Both the position numbers and the translations under genes were made by a program. The notes beneath the pieces are model-generated. The model saw only the letters and a program-made list of their open reading frames with translations. It was not told the DNA's origin and ran no database searches. Of a DNA stretch of 51,518 bases, positions 1-8,732 are shown piece by piece (position 1 is the first letter of the stretch; each line of letters opens with the position of its first letter). The stretch lies in assembly GCA_021789155.1 (NCBI GenBank), contig JAJYJW010000003.1, positions 1-51,518 of the forward strand, given 5' to 3'. The stretch comes from Candidatus Micrarchaeota archaeon. GTDB taxonomy: Archaea; Micrarchaeota; Micrarchaeia; Micrarchaeales; CABMGC01.

Positions 1-555
1 GATCTCTGCAGCCTTTACGTTGAAGTAAAGTAGAACATCTTCGTTTTTCTCACTGATGCGTCTTTTTTCCTCGTTTGAAAGCGTGGAAGATTTTGCCTTC
101 AAAGAATGTGCCTCTGCCTGCATCGCAGAACTCTTCTCCTCAAGTTCAAACACGGATTTTCCAAATGCATTAGACAGTTTTCTGCGGTAGTTGATTGCAT
201 TATCTTTATCTTTTTCATACACTGCTAATCCGTTAACTGCCCCACCTACTTCAGTTTTTTCTATATCCGAAATAAGATGGACCAGATTAACCGTTTGGGC
301 CAGTGATGAACTTATAAGTGCCAATTTATTAGGATTATCTACTGATTTTATCAGATCATCAATTATCTTTTTATTCCCAGGTGTGGCTTCAATGCCTTTA
401 AGCGACTTAAAAGAATCATATACAATCTTCATTGTTTCCTTTCCGATAACGCTCTCAATACGGTCATTTAAAATTTCATAATCTTTGAAGTAGTTATCAA
501 ATGATGTCTTTTCTTTATTGCTATACGCAAGATTTATCTTCTCCGCCTTTTCCAT
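1..555 (-). CDS. Hypothetical helical protein, 3'-truncated at the window edge
   Basis: Not in the ORF track because it has no stop in the window. Manual translation from the ATG at 555 (MEKAEKINLAYSNKEKTSFDNYFKDYEILND...) stays open for 185 codons to base 1. A GATGTGG RBS-like motif lies just upstream. Confidence 0.75.
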   Translation of the reverse strand, partial: MEKAEKINLAYSNKEKTSFDNYFKDYEILNDRIESVIGKETMKIVYDSFKSLKGIEATPGNKKIIDDLIKSVDNPNKLALISSSLAQTVNLVHLISDIEKTEVGGAVNGLAVYEKDKDNAINYRRKLSNAFGKSVFELEEKSSAMQAEAHSLKAKSSTLSNEEKRRISEKNEDVLLYFNVKAAEI

Positions 556-666
556 CTAATCCACATCTTTACTTTCTATTTCCTGATTTAATATCCTTCG
601 CATATTGGAAATTTAGCGCTTGTTAGTATTGCTGGCTTTTTAAATTTTGAGTTATAACCATTAATT

Positions 667-1542
667 ATGGAAGAGACACATATACCAAGAAACGTAGTAA
701 TAACGGCTGCTGGAGCGGGCACCAGATTACTGCCTATGACCAAAGAGCTTCCAAAAGAGATGCTTCCCATATATGCAAAGGAAAATGACAATGTCATGAT
801 AAAACCATTATTGCAGGCACTTTTTGAGCAATTCTATGCTTGCGGAGCTAGGGATTTCTGCGTCATAGTGGGTAGGGGAAAGCGAGCAATAGAGGATCAT
901 TTTACGGTGGATCAAGCATATATGGACAGGATGGAAGACAAATTAAAGCCGCATATTTTCAGCAATCTAGAATCATTTTATGGCAAAGTGACCGAATCAA
1001 GGATGGTATGGATAAACCAGCATGCCCCGAAAGGATTTGGACATGCGGTACTTTTATCAGAGGAAATCGAAGATGATATGCCTTTCTTCGTCGCAGCTGC
1101 GGATAACCTCATCCTGTCGAAAGGCGCTTCGTTTCAGGAAAGAATGGCTAAAGCCATGGCAACCTCTAACGCTGAGGTGGCGATATTAGTAAGGGAAGTC
1201 GAAGATCCTCGTGCGTATGGAGTCGTAAGTGGGGAGGACAAGGGCACGTATCTCGAAATAGAGGAAATGGAGGAAAAGCCAAAGGAGCCTAAAAGCAACT
1301 TTGCCGCAATGGGATTTTACATTTTCAACAAAAGCATATTCGATGCTTTGAAAAGGGTAAAGCCAGGATATGGCGGAGAGATACAGCTTACTGATGCAAT
1401 AGTGCTTCTGATAAAGGAAGGGAAGAAGGTCATCGGAGTGAAGATGGATAATGACGAAATCATGCTAGACGTTGGAACTCCGGAAAATTACGCGCGAGCG
1501 ATAAAGAAATCATACGAAAACTGCAGCGGAAACAGGTTATAA
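667..1542 (+). CDS. galU: UTP-glucose-1-phosphate uridylyltransferase-like sugar-phosphate nucleotidyltransferase
   Basis: AAGAGTRLLPMTKELPKEMLP signature, GRGKRAIEDHF, PKGFGHAV, EKP, GEIQLTDAI, DVGTP. Confidence 0.85.
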   Translation: MEETHIPRNVVITAAGAGTRLLPMTKELPKEMLPIYAKENDNVMIKPLLQALFEQFYACGARDFCVIVGRGKRAIEDHFTVDQAYMDRMEDKLKPHIFSNLESFYGKVTESRMVWINQHAPKGFGHAVLLSEEIEDDMPFFVAAADNLILSKGASFQERMAKAMATSNAEVAILVREVEDPRAYGVVSGEDKGTYLEIEEMEEKPKEPKSNFAAMGFYIFNKSIFDALKRVKPGYGGEIQLTDAIVLLIKEGKKVIGVKMDNDEIMLDVGTPENYARAIKKSYENCSGNRL

Positions 1543-1613
1543 CGTATATTAACGAAGCCTGAATATGGTTTAAATATTACCTTAAGGTTATTTCCTACCA
1601 TTTGGGCGTTTGT

Positions 1614-2498
1614 ATGTCGAAAACATTAAAATCCGACAAAACATACTCAGAGAGTATTGCTGAAATAAAGAAAAGCAAATATGCGCAGATTGACGCGTAT
1701 GTGAACAAGCACGATAAGAAATTAAGCGAAATAAAGCAGACTTTCTTTGATATGGATGCAGACATCATGAATGCATACGAAAATGGAAGTGTGTCTACAG
1801 AAGAAACGATAATTGAATACAAGAACATATACAAGGAGCAAAAACGGGAAGAAAAGGGAGAAGAGATACGCCATAGCATCAAGCTCGTGAATACTGACAT
1901 TAACGCAAGTATCTCTAAGGTATTCATGTACAAGGAGCATTACAAAAAGAGCATGAACAACGTAGATCCCTACTATATCGGAAACGCAAGCGAAAATGCA
2001 GCTAAGAACAAGGAAATGATGAGATTGTCGGCGAAGTTTATAGACGAAGTAGCTTCTATTGGAGTAACGTGCCTTGACGACATACGTTCAGATTTAGCAA
2101 CGTTGTTTAAAAACTTCAGGTGGGAGTCTAAAAGCATCTGCTATCCTGATGCGGAACTTGGCTATGCGGCACCAAAAGACGCGGAAAAGACTTACAAGAA
2201 TTACTCCGAAATAGTATACGCGTGCACCAACGCAAGCGAAAACTTCATCTCAGAGCTAGACGGCTTATTCAAAGATGCAATGGATAACATACGCATAATA
2301 GAAAACAGAACGTTGGATAGGGTAGCGGAGGAGATAGACGTGCTGAAGAACAGTGCTGATGGATTAGCGAACATGCTAAATGCGATAGCTGCAAACGGAA
2401 GCGAGATCATAAAAAAGAACTCCCAGATTTTGCTCAGGTTCTGCGATAGATTCGTAGACAGGATAATGACTGCTGTAGACTACAAGAAGGAAGAGTGA
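1614..2498 (+). CDS. Hypothetical helical/coiled-coil protein
   Basis: Long ORF rich in K/E/A with no recognisable motif. ATG 1614 preferred over TTG 1602. TATA-like TTTAAATA at 1569-1576. Confidence 0.7.
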   Translation: MSKTLKSDKTYSESIAEIKKSKYAQIDAYVNKHDKKLSEIKQTFFDMDADIMNAYENGSVSTEETIIEYKNIYKEQKREEKGEEIRHSIKLVNTDINASISKVFMYKEHYKKSMNNVDPYYIGNASENAAKNKEMMRLSAKFIDEVASIGVTCLDDIRSDLATLFKNFRWESKSICYPDAELGYAAPKDAEKTYKNYSEIVYACTNASENFISELDGLFKDAMDNIRIIENRTLDRVAEEIDVLKNSADGLANMLNAIAANGSEIIKKNSQILLRFCDRFVDRIMTAVDYKKEE

Positions 2499-2500
2499 TA

Positions 2501-3574
2501 TTAGAGCTCCTTCTCTTCTGAGTGTCTTTTCTGCATCAACGCAATGGATATTGCTGCCTGCAGTATTCCGGTAGTCACTATTCCCTTCATCTTGCCGTTG
2601 CTCATCACAGCAGCGACCCAGCTGTTTGAAGCTTGCATCTTTCCGAGGGCAGTGGCAACATTCGTATTCGCGTCAAGCATCATAAGCTCCACGGCCATGC
2701 CCTTCAAAGAAGACGGAACGTATCTAGTGTTATAAGATAGAACGTCTGCGACGTAGTATTTCCCGTTTATCTGCATGACTATGATATGCTTCTTGGTCTT
2801 CAGGAATTCCTTTTTAAGATCCGAGAAGCTTATCGTATGTTTCGTGAATATGTAGTTGTTGCTTGCATACGTGCCAACGCTCATTCCCTTTGTCAGTTCC
2901 CTTATCCTTGCGCTCTCTTCTTCTCCCTCTGCCCCGGAATACAATATGACTATTATGAGTATATTCCAGAAACCGACGAACTCTCTGTATCCTAATGAGA
3001 ACGAGTTTGCGAACAACACGAATATGATTGTTATAACCGCAAACGCCGCAATGAGTGCCTTGCTTATCTTAAGGGTTATCTTCGTGGCCTTTGCGAAGTC
3101 GTATCTTCTCTCAAGATAGCTGCGGAATATCCTGCCCCCGTCCATAGGGAATGCAGGTATTATGTTGAATATTCCCATGAATATGTTGAGCTCGAACATG
3201 TACTGCATTGTCTGCGTCAATATCCCGATTGGGGTGATAACCGCAAGAACTCCGAATGCAAATCCCAGGAATATGCTTGCCAGAGGTCCTGCAAGCGCTA
3301 TGTTGAACTCAACTTCGGGACTGATCTTGGTATCGTCTATTATCGATGCGCCGCCAATCGGCAGAAGGAGTATGCGCTTCACGCTTATCCTGTTCTTCAA
3401 AGCAGTAAGGGAATGCGCAAATTCGTGAAGCAGAACGCAGATGAACAGAAACACTATTATGAGGAAGAAGTAAGCATCAAGCACGAACGCCAGTATTAGA
3501 AGAAGCACGAATGTCCAGTGAAGGTCTACTTCTATGCCAAAATATTTCCCGATACTTATGCCGCGGTCCGCCAT
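2501..3574 (-). CDS. Site-2 (M50 family) intramembrane zinc metalloprotease with a degenerate C-terminal CBS-like region
   Basis: HEFAH (HExxH), IGG, ALAGP, NIIPAFPMDGG motifs and several TM segments. Start moved to ATG 3574 (MADRGISIG) to avoid overlap with the divergent gene. Confidence 0.9.
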   Translation of the reverse strand: MADRGISIGKYFGIEVDLHWTFVLLLILAFVLDAYFFLIIVFLFICVLLHEFAHSLTALKNRISVKRILLLPIGGASIIDDTKISPEVEFNIALAGPLASIFLGFAFGVLAVITPIGILTQTMQYMFELNIFMGIFNIIPAFPMDGGRIFRSYLERRYDFAKATKITLKISKALIAAFAVITIIFVLFANSFSLGYREFVGFWNILIIVILYSGAEGEEESARIRELTKGMSVGTYASNNYIFTKHTISFSDLKKEFLKTKKHIIVMQINGKYYVADVLSYNTRYVPSSLKGMAVELMMLDANTNVATALGKMQASNSWVAAVMSNGKMKGIVTTGILQAAISIALMQKRHSEEKEL

Positions 3575-3630
3575 GCTATCCTCTATGAAACAGCAGATAT
3601 ATTTAAAGAACAAACTATAAAGGTATTGCA

Positions 3631-4380
3631 ATGATAAATGGGCTAAGACTGATAGAAGGATTTCCCGCAGCACACATTCCTAAGGAGAGCATGCTTGTTG
3701 TGGGAGACATGCACATAGGTTTGGAGCTTAAGCTTCATTCTTATGGTATACACTTTTACGATGCAAGCTCCAAAGACGCTGAGATCATCAACAAGCTGGG
3801 AAAGAGCGTTAAAGCAAAATCCCTGGTCATATTGGGCGATGTGAAGGAGAGCATAGGCAATCCAGGAACAAACGAAAGGAACCTTCTGTTTAGATTTTTC
3901 TCAAAGCTTGATTTTAATGAGGTAATGATTGCAAAGGGAAATCACGATGCGGGTTTGAAAGAGCTCCTTCACGCGAATAACTACAAAATTCCAGTTGAAA
4001 AGGAGATTGCAGTGGGGAAATTCGTATTCATGCATGGCCACATAACCCCGAGCATAAACGCGATGCAGCATGAAAATCTCGTAGTTGCGCATGCGCACTA
4101 TGCACACGACGTTTACGGGAAGGTATGGGTATACGCAAAGAAGGGCAAGGGACTAGATGAACTTTACAAAAAGCACGCAAAAAATCCGAATTTGCTTGTG
4201 GTTCCTGCATTCAGCAACATGATAATAGGAAGCTCTAGAACGAATCTTTGGCAGAACTTCCTGCCGGTTTTCAGGAAAAGCATATTCGAATTCTCTTCTG
4301 CCAAATTCTATAATCTTAACGACGGCAGAATTGCCCGGAAGAAAATAGAATTCGAGCCAACTTACGTTTCAGCAGATTAG
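3631..4380 (+). CDS. Calcineurin-like metallophosphoesterase
   Basis: GDMHIG, LGDV, KGNHD, HGH, AHAH and VPAFS motifs. Confidence 0.85.
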   Translation: MINGLRLIEGFPAAHIPKESMLVVGDMHIGLELKLHSYGIHFYDASSKDAEIINKLGKSVKAKSLVILGDVKESIGNPGTNERNLLFRFFSKLDFNEVMIAKGNHDAGLKELLHANNYKIPVEKEIAVGKFVFMHGHITPSINAMQHENLVVAHAHYAHDVYGKVWVYAKKGKGLDELYKKHAKNPNLLVVPAFSNMIIGSSRTNLWQNFLPVFRKSIFEFSSAKFYNLNDGRIARKKIEFEPTYVSAD

Positions 4381-4399
4381 GAAAAGAATTGATCCAAGG

Positions 4400-5839
4400 T
4401 CATATTGGATTGACCTTGAACCTTTCCTTAGCATCCTTCATCTCCGCGTCTACTATCGCGCGCCATGCAGGAAGGGCAGACTTGTCAGCAGGGTACTTCC
4501 CGTATATTTCGTTCAATTTCTTCATCTTGCCCACTGCATACATCAGGTCCTTGAACGCAGATATGTTCTGAACTCCGCTTAGGAGCTTCGTGAATGCAGA
4601 CGCAAGAGAGAGCTCTGGAACGTTTCCATAGCTAAGCTCTACTGCTTCGTCCTTTGTTATGAAGTGCTCCATCCCATAGTCTATCCTATCGTTGTTCATA
4701 GACTGCAGGAATATCCTGAATACTTCCAATCCTGCCATCTTGCTTCCGTATGCTTTGTTGAAGTTAAGGTTGTATTCCCACAAAGAGTCAATGCTCGTAT
4801 TCTTGTTTGCTACTGCCTTGCTTGCTGTTTGGCCAGCGAGAATTCCTGATATTATTGCCGGACCTATTCCGCCTGCGCTTATTGGATTAGGCATTGCCAT
4901 GCTGTCACCCGTTCCTAGATAGTTCTCGTATACGAGTGATGGAAGCTGCCTTCTTACCGTAACGGACCAATAACCCTTTGCATTGTTGTGCTCGTTATCC
5001 ATGCTTATTTCCTTTAGGACTGGGTTCCATTCCACGTACTTGTCTATCAAAGAATGCAACGTGTCATTGAGGCCCATCTTGCTGTTGCGCAGCTCCAGAC
5101 TGTGTTTCTCTATCCCAATTCCGACGTTGACCTTCATACCCTTCTTCGGAAACACCCAGCCATAGCCGCCAGGAGCAAGCTGTTGATTGAGGTGGATAAG
5201 AGCGAATTCCCTGTCGTAATAGCTTGTGTCTTCCTTTGCGGCCTTGAAATCCACTATGTACCTACCAGTAGATTCTATGTCGTCAGTCGATATGTCCTTC
5301 TGGATGTAATCGTTTGCAGGAAGTCTCCTCCTGAGAACGCTAGCTATACCCAAAGAGTCTATCACCAGGTTCGCATATACCTTGAAGGTTTCGTTGTTTC
5401 CATGCTTGCCAAATACCCCAATTACCTTGTCGTTCTCCACTATTGGCCCTTCAACCTCATGCCCGGAAACGTACTCTGCACCGAATTTTATCGCTAGGTC
5501 TCTTAGTTTCTTGGCAAATTTCGGCCTATCGAGTACATATCCTTCGCCATCGAACTGTATTCTGTTCTTCAGATTAGGACTCAATGCAACTACTCCCTTT
5601 ACAGGAAGGTTGAGTTCTGGCTCGCCGAAGCTTACCCCCAATTCTTTCTGCGCGAATTCGATATGCGATTTTGCAACCGCATCTCCACACACCCATCCCC
5701 AGTTTGTTTTCTTTCCAGGTTCTTCTTCGCTGTTTCTGTCAAGAAGCAATACTTTTGCCCCGTTCTTTGCTGCGGACGCTGCTGCGAGCGAACCCGAGAT
5801 GCCTGAGCCTGCTACTATGATGTCGTATCTCTGTTCCAT
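4400..5839 (-). CDS. Geranylgeranyl reductase family FAD-dependent oxidoreductase (probable digeranylgeranylglycerophospholipid reductase)
   Basis: GSGISG Rossmann motif, CGDA, DRxxF, PGGYGWVFPK, NVGIG, GD...NPISAGGI. Confidence 0.85.
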   Translation of the reverse strand: MEQRYDIIVAGSGISGSLAAASAAKNGAKVLLLDRNSEEEPGKKTNWGWVCGDAVAKSHIEFAQKELGVSFGEPELNLPVKGVVALSPNLKNRIQFDGEGYVLDRPKFAKKLRDLAIKFGAEYVSGHEVEGPIVENDKVIGVFGKHGNNETFKVYANLVIDSLGIASVLRRRLPANDYIQKDISTDDIESTGRYIVDFKAAKEDTSYYDREFALIHLNQQLAPGGYGWVFPKKGMKVNVGIGIEKHSLELRNSKMGLNDTLHSLIDKYVEWNPVLKEISMDNEHNNAKGYWSVTVRRQLPSLVYENYLGTGDSMAMPNPISAGGIGPAIISGILAGQTASKAVANKNTSIDSLWEYNLNFNKAYGSKMAGLEVFRIFLQSMNNDRIDYGMEHFITKDEAVELSYGNVPELSLASAFTKLLSGVQNISAFKDLMYAVGKMKKLNEIYGKYPADKSALPAWRAIVDAEMKDAKERFKVNPI

Positions 5840-5856
5840 GTAACCACAATTAAAGA

Positions 5857-6051
5857 TTAAGAATGAATCTTTATCACTGCTATTGGGATCACTCCCTCTG
5901 AAAACTCTAATTCTGCAAGTTCCAAGGGACTGGAAATTCCCTCAGGTACTTTCATCAATGGTGGTGCCCCATACGCAAGCTGCAGTGCGCGTGCGCCTAT
6001 TATTCTTGCCTTCTCAAACTTGTTGTACTCCGTATAATCACATTTAAGCAA
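5857..6051 (-). CDS. rpoK: DNA-directed RNA polymerase subunit K (Rpo6)
   Basis: KFEKARIIGARALQLAYGAP...LAELEF..GVIPI is the Rpo6/RPB6 signature. TTG start. Confidence 0.95.
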   Translation of the reverse strand: MLKCDYTEYNKFEKARIIGARALQLAYGAPPLMKVPEGISSPLELAELEFSEGVIPIAVIKIHS

Positions 6052-6136
6052 AAGACTATAACATATAGTTACTCACTAAAAGGTATAAAAAAGCTTCTAA
6101 TTACGCTGATTTGTAGATAAACTGCTTAACAAATGC

Positions 6137-6143
6137 TTATAAA
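6137..6143 (+). promoter_or_regulatory. Putative TATA box of tRNA-Gln(CUG)
   Basis: TTATAAA about 25-31 nt upstream of the tRNA 5' end, preceded by an A-rich BRE-like stretch. Confidence 0.55.
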
Positions 6144-6167
6144 CTCTCATGGCCAAAAGCTAGATGT

Positions 6168-6256
6168 AGCTCCATCGTCTAGTGGTCACTTTTATAGCCA
6201 TAAAAGGACGGCAGGCTCTGGACCTGCAAACACCAGTCCGAATCTGGTTGGAGCTA
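6168..6256 (+). tRNA. tRNA-Gln(CUG) with a 16-nt non-canonical D-loop intron (6188-6203)
   Basis: Acceptor stem AGCTCCA/TGGAGCT (A1-U72, typical of archaeal tRNA-Gln), D stem GTCT/GGAC, anticodon stem GCAGG/CCTGC with CTG at 6218-6220, T stem ACCAG/CTGGT. Removing 6188-6203 gives a 73-nt tRNA colinear with the tRNA-Gln(UUG) at 9499. Confidence 0.9.
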
Positions 6257-6338
6257 CTTTTCATATTCTAAAAGCTCTGCGGACACGCTACCTCTTTAAA
6301 TACTTTGAATTTTCATTACTCTAAATACAGGGATTGCA

Positions 6339-6767
6339 TTGCTAGCCAAAAGCCAATACAAGGACCACGTGATAGTGTGTGGATATGGAATGGTCGGGGA
6401 AAGGATAGTCGAGATACTCCTTCAGGCAGGAATAAAGATTGTGGTGATAGAGATAGACAAGGCGAAGGGAGACATGCTGAAGGGCAGGGAACTTGACTTT
6501 CTCATTGGCGATGCTACTTCCTCTATGACTTTGAAAGCCGCGGGAATAGAAAAAGCGCAGGCGATAGCCGTAGTTATGGACGATGATGCAAAGAACCTGT
6601 TCGCGGTGATAACTGCGAAGAGCCTTAACCCGGACATATTGATAGCCACAAGGGCAAACAACGAGTTCATCAAGGGCAAGCTAATAGAGATAGGCGCGAA
6701 ATATGTCGCTACTCCGAATTATTCTACAAGCGAAGAGCTCCTCAGGGAAATAGAAAAGAAGGCATAG
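6339..6767 (+). CDS. Stand-alone RCK / TrkA-N nucleotide-binding domain protein
   Basis: HVIVCGYGMVG, GDAT, AGIEKA, DDAKNL, A-RAN motifs. No TM segment. Confidence 0.9.
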   Translation: MLAKSQYKDHVIVCGYGMVGERIVEILLQAGIKIVVIEIDKAKGDMLKGRELDFLIGDATSSMTLKAAGIEKAQAIAVVMDDDAKNLFAVITAKSLNPDILIATRANNEFIKGKLIEIGAKYVATPNYSTSEELLREIEKKA

Positions 6768-6774
6768 TGGGAAC

Positions 6775-7554
6775 ATGGCGGATCTGAACGAGGAAACGAG
6801 GAACGTTCTCATAACGTCGTTATTCCTTGGAATACTCATAATCTGCGTATCCCTAGTATCATTGTTCTTCCTCACGCGCAACTTCTATACTGATGCGTAT
6901 TATACCATTGAAACGTTTTTCGATGCGCCTAATACCGCAGCCTCTTTTGACCTTGCGGCATTGGCGTTTGGAAATGCGTCTTTGCCGCAATTCATAGGCA
7001 TAGTCGGAATAGTAATACTAGACAACTTAAGCAAGATAATGGTTATAAGCTTCGTTATTGCCGCAGTATTGGACATCATACGTTTTGCTAATGTCGAGGC
7101 GTTTCTGAACAGAATGCAGGTAAAAAAGCTCAATAGGCACATTATAGTCTGTGGATACAACGAATTCGCAGAGGAATTGGCAAGGAAGCTGGTCAGACGC
7201 GGCAGGAAGGTTGTGATAATAGACAGCAATCCTGAAACGCCATTGTCTGTGAATTCTTACAAGGCGATGGCGATAGTAGGAAATTTCGCGGAGCACAAAA
7301 TTCTAGAAAACGCCGGAGTAAAGAATGCGTCTGATGTTGTTTTTACATCTCAAAACGACATAGATAATTTGGTCGGCGCCATAACAGTAGGAAAAATGAA
7401 TCCGAAAGCGAAGTTATATTCGAGGGTTACGAATCCGGAAGTGAGAACGAAAATGTACAGGGTCGGGGTTTCGATGTGCGTGCTTCCGGAAGCACTTGCT
7501 GCACTTGACATTGGCGAAGCAATCGTAAGGTGGGTAAAGGTGAATAAAAGATGA
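6775..7554 (+). CDS. 2TM + RCK (MthK-like architecture) channel subunit with a non-canonical pore sequence
   Basis: Two hydrophobic helices flank a pore-helix-like DAYYTIETFF. C-terminal RCK domain (HIIVCGYNEFA...NAGVKNA...DIDNL). No TVGYG. Confidence 0.75.
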   Translation: MADLNEETRNVLITSLFLGILIICVSLVSLFFLTRNFYTDAYYTIETFFDAPNTAASFDLAALAFGNASLPQFIGIVGIVILDNLSKIMVISFVIAAVLDIIRFANVEAFLNRMQVKKLNRHIIVCGYNEFAEELARKLVRRGRKVVIIDSNPETPLSVNSYKAMAIVGNFAEHKILENAGVKNASDVVFTSQNDIDNLVGAITVGKMNPKAKLYSRVTNPEVRTKMYRVGVSMCVLPEALAALDIGEAIVRWVKVNKR

Positions 7555-8279
7555 AATTCCGGGCAATTCAGAAGATATTGGTGCTGATTCTCGTTGCAAT
7601 ATTCGTAATATCGACCATAGCGGTTAAAGCGAGCGGCGAAACCACGTTCGTATCCGTATTCTGGAGCATAATGAATATGATTGGGGCAGACTTTCCTCCG
7701 ACCCAATCCCTAATTGATTCCAGAGACCCGCTAATACTATTTGCAGATGCGATAGGCGTGCAAGGAAAGCTCGTTTTCACAATATTGCTCACCACAATAT
7801 TCTACCAGCTTCTCGGAATGATAAACATACGGGACAAATTCAACCAGCACACAATACGCAATTTCAAAAAGCATACGATCGTTGTTCCAATGAACGACAT
7901 AGGCATAGAGATCGTTCGGTATTTCACTGCGCATGGGAAGCAAATAGTAGGCATGGATTCTAACCCAAGGCTATCAGCAAGGCTCAATAGAGAAGGGCTT
8001 CATACCGTATCTGGAGACCCCACAGAAACATACACGTTCAAGAAAGCCAATATAGCAAGCGCGAGCTCATTGATACTCGTTGATTATGCGGACATGAAGA
8101 ACGCACTCATAGCGTTAGACGCAAGGAAGATGAACAAGAAGATCTTCATAGCTTCAAGATTGATGCATCCGAATGACGTAGCGAGAATGGAAAAAGCAGG
8201 AATAAACAGAGTAATAATGAGCGACATAGCGGTGGGAGACAACATAGCAGAGTATTTAACCCAGAATATCAAACGTTGA
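7551..8279 (+). CDS. Second 2TM + RCK channel subunit with degenerate pore and RCK motifs
   Basis: TM1, pore-helix-like SVFWSIMNMIG, TM2, RCK domain (HTIVVPMNDIG...SGDPT...KANIASA). ATGA overlap with the upstream gene. Confidence 0.7.
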   Translation: MKFRAIQKILVLILVAIFVISTIAVKASGETTFVSVFWSIMNMIGADFPPTQSLIDSRDPLILFADAIGVQGKLVFTILLTTIFYQLLGMINIRDKFNQHTIRNFKKHTIVVPMNDIGIEIVRYFTAHGKQIVGMDSNPRLSARLNREGLHTVSGDPTETYTFKKANIASASSLILVDYADMKNALIALDARKMNKKIFIASRLMHPNDVARMEKAGINRVIMSDIAVGDNIAEYLTQNIKR

Positions 8280-8354
8280 ATGGAAACTTTGCCGCAGATA
8301 AACCCTGTTCGGAAAAAGATATAAATTTTGAAATACAACCTTACTGATGATTAA

Positions 8355-8732
8355 GTGAGCTCGGATTTATACGCAGAACGAATAATACAGCTTTACGAGA
8401 TGCCACACAACAAAGGAGTAATAGAAAACGCGACAATGCACGCTCATGAGGACAACATCACGTGCGGGGACAGCATTGACGTTTATATAAAAATCGAAAA
8501 CGGAATAATATCCGAAGCGAAATTTGACGGAAAAGGCTGCGCCATAAGCATAGCAAGCGCTAGCATTCTCACCGATTACATGAAGGGCAAGACCATTTCT
8601 GACATAGTTGGTATTGGCGCCGAGAAGCTTTTCGAGATAATAGGGATAAACCCCGGGCCAGCAAGACTCCACTGTGCTACGCTCTGCCTAAGGACCGTGA
8701 TAAGCGCAGCGAAGAAGCAAAGCGACGAATGA
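8355..8732 (+). CDS. iscU: IscU/SufU-type Fe-S cluster scaffold (NifU N-terminal domain)
   Basis: PHNKG, NITCGD, GKGCAISIASAS and RLHCA supply the three conserved Cys. Confidence 0.9.
   Translation: MSSDLYAERIIQLYEMPHNKGVIENATMHAHEDNITCGDSIDVYIKIENGIISEAKFDGKGCAISIASASILTDYMKGKTISDIVGIGAEKLFEIIGINPGPARLHCATLCLRTVISAAKKQSDE

Noticed and set aside
191-481. 96-aa + strand ORF
   Set aside because: Antisense to the longer open frame at 1-555 on the minus strand, which has a better start context.
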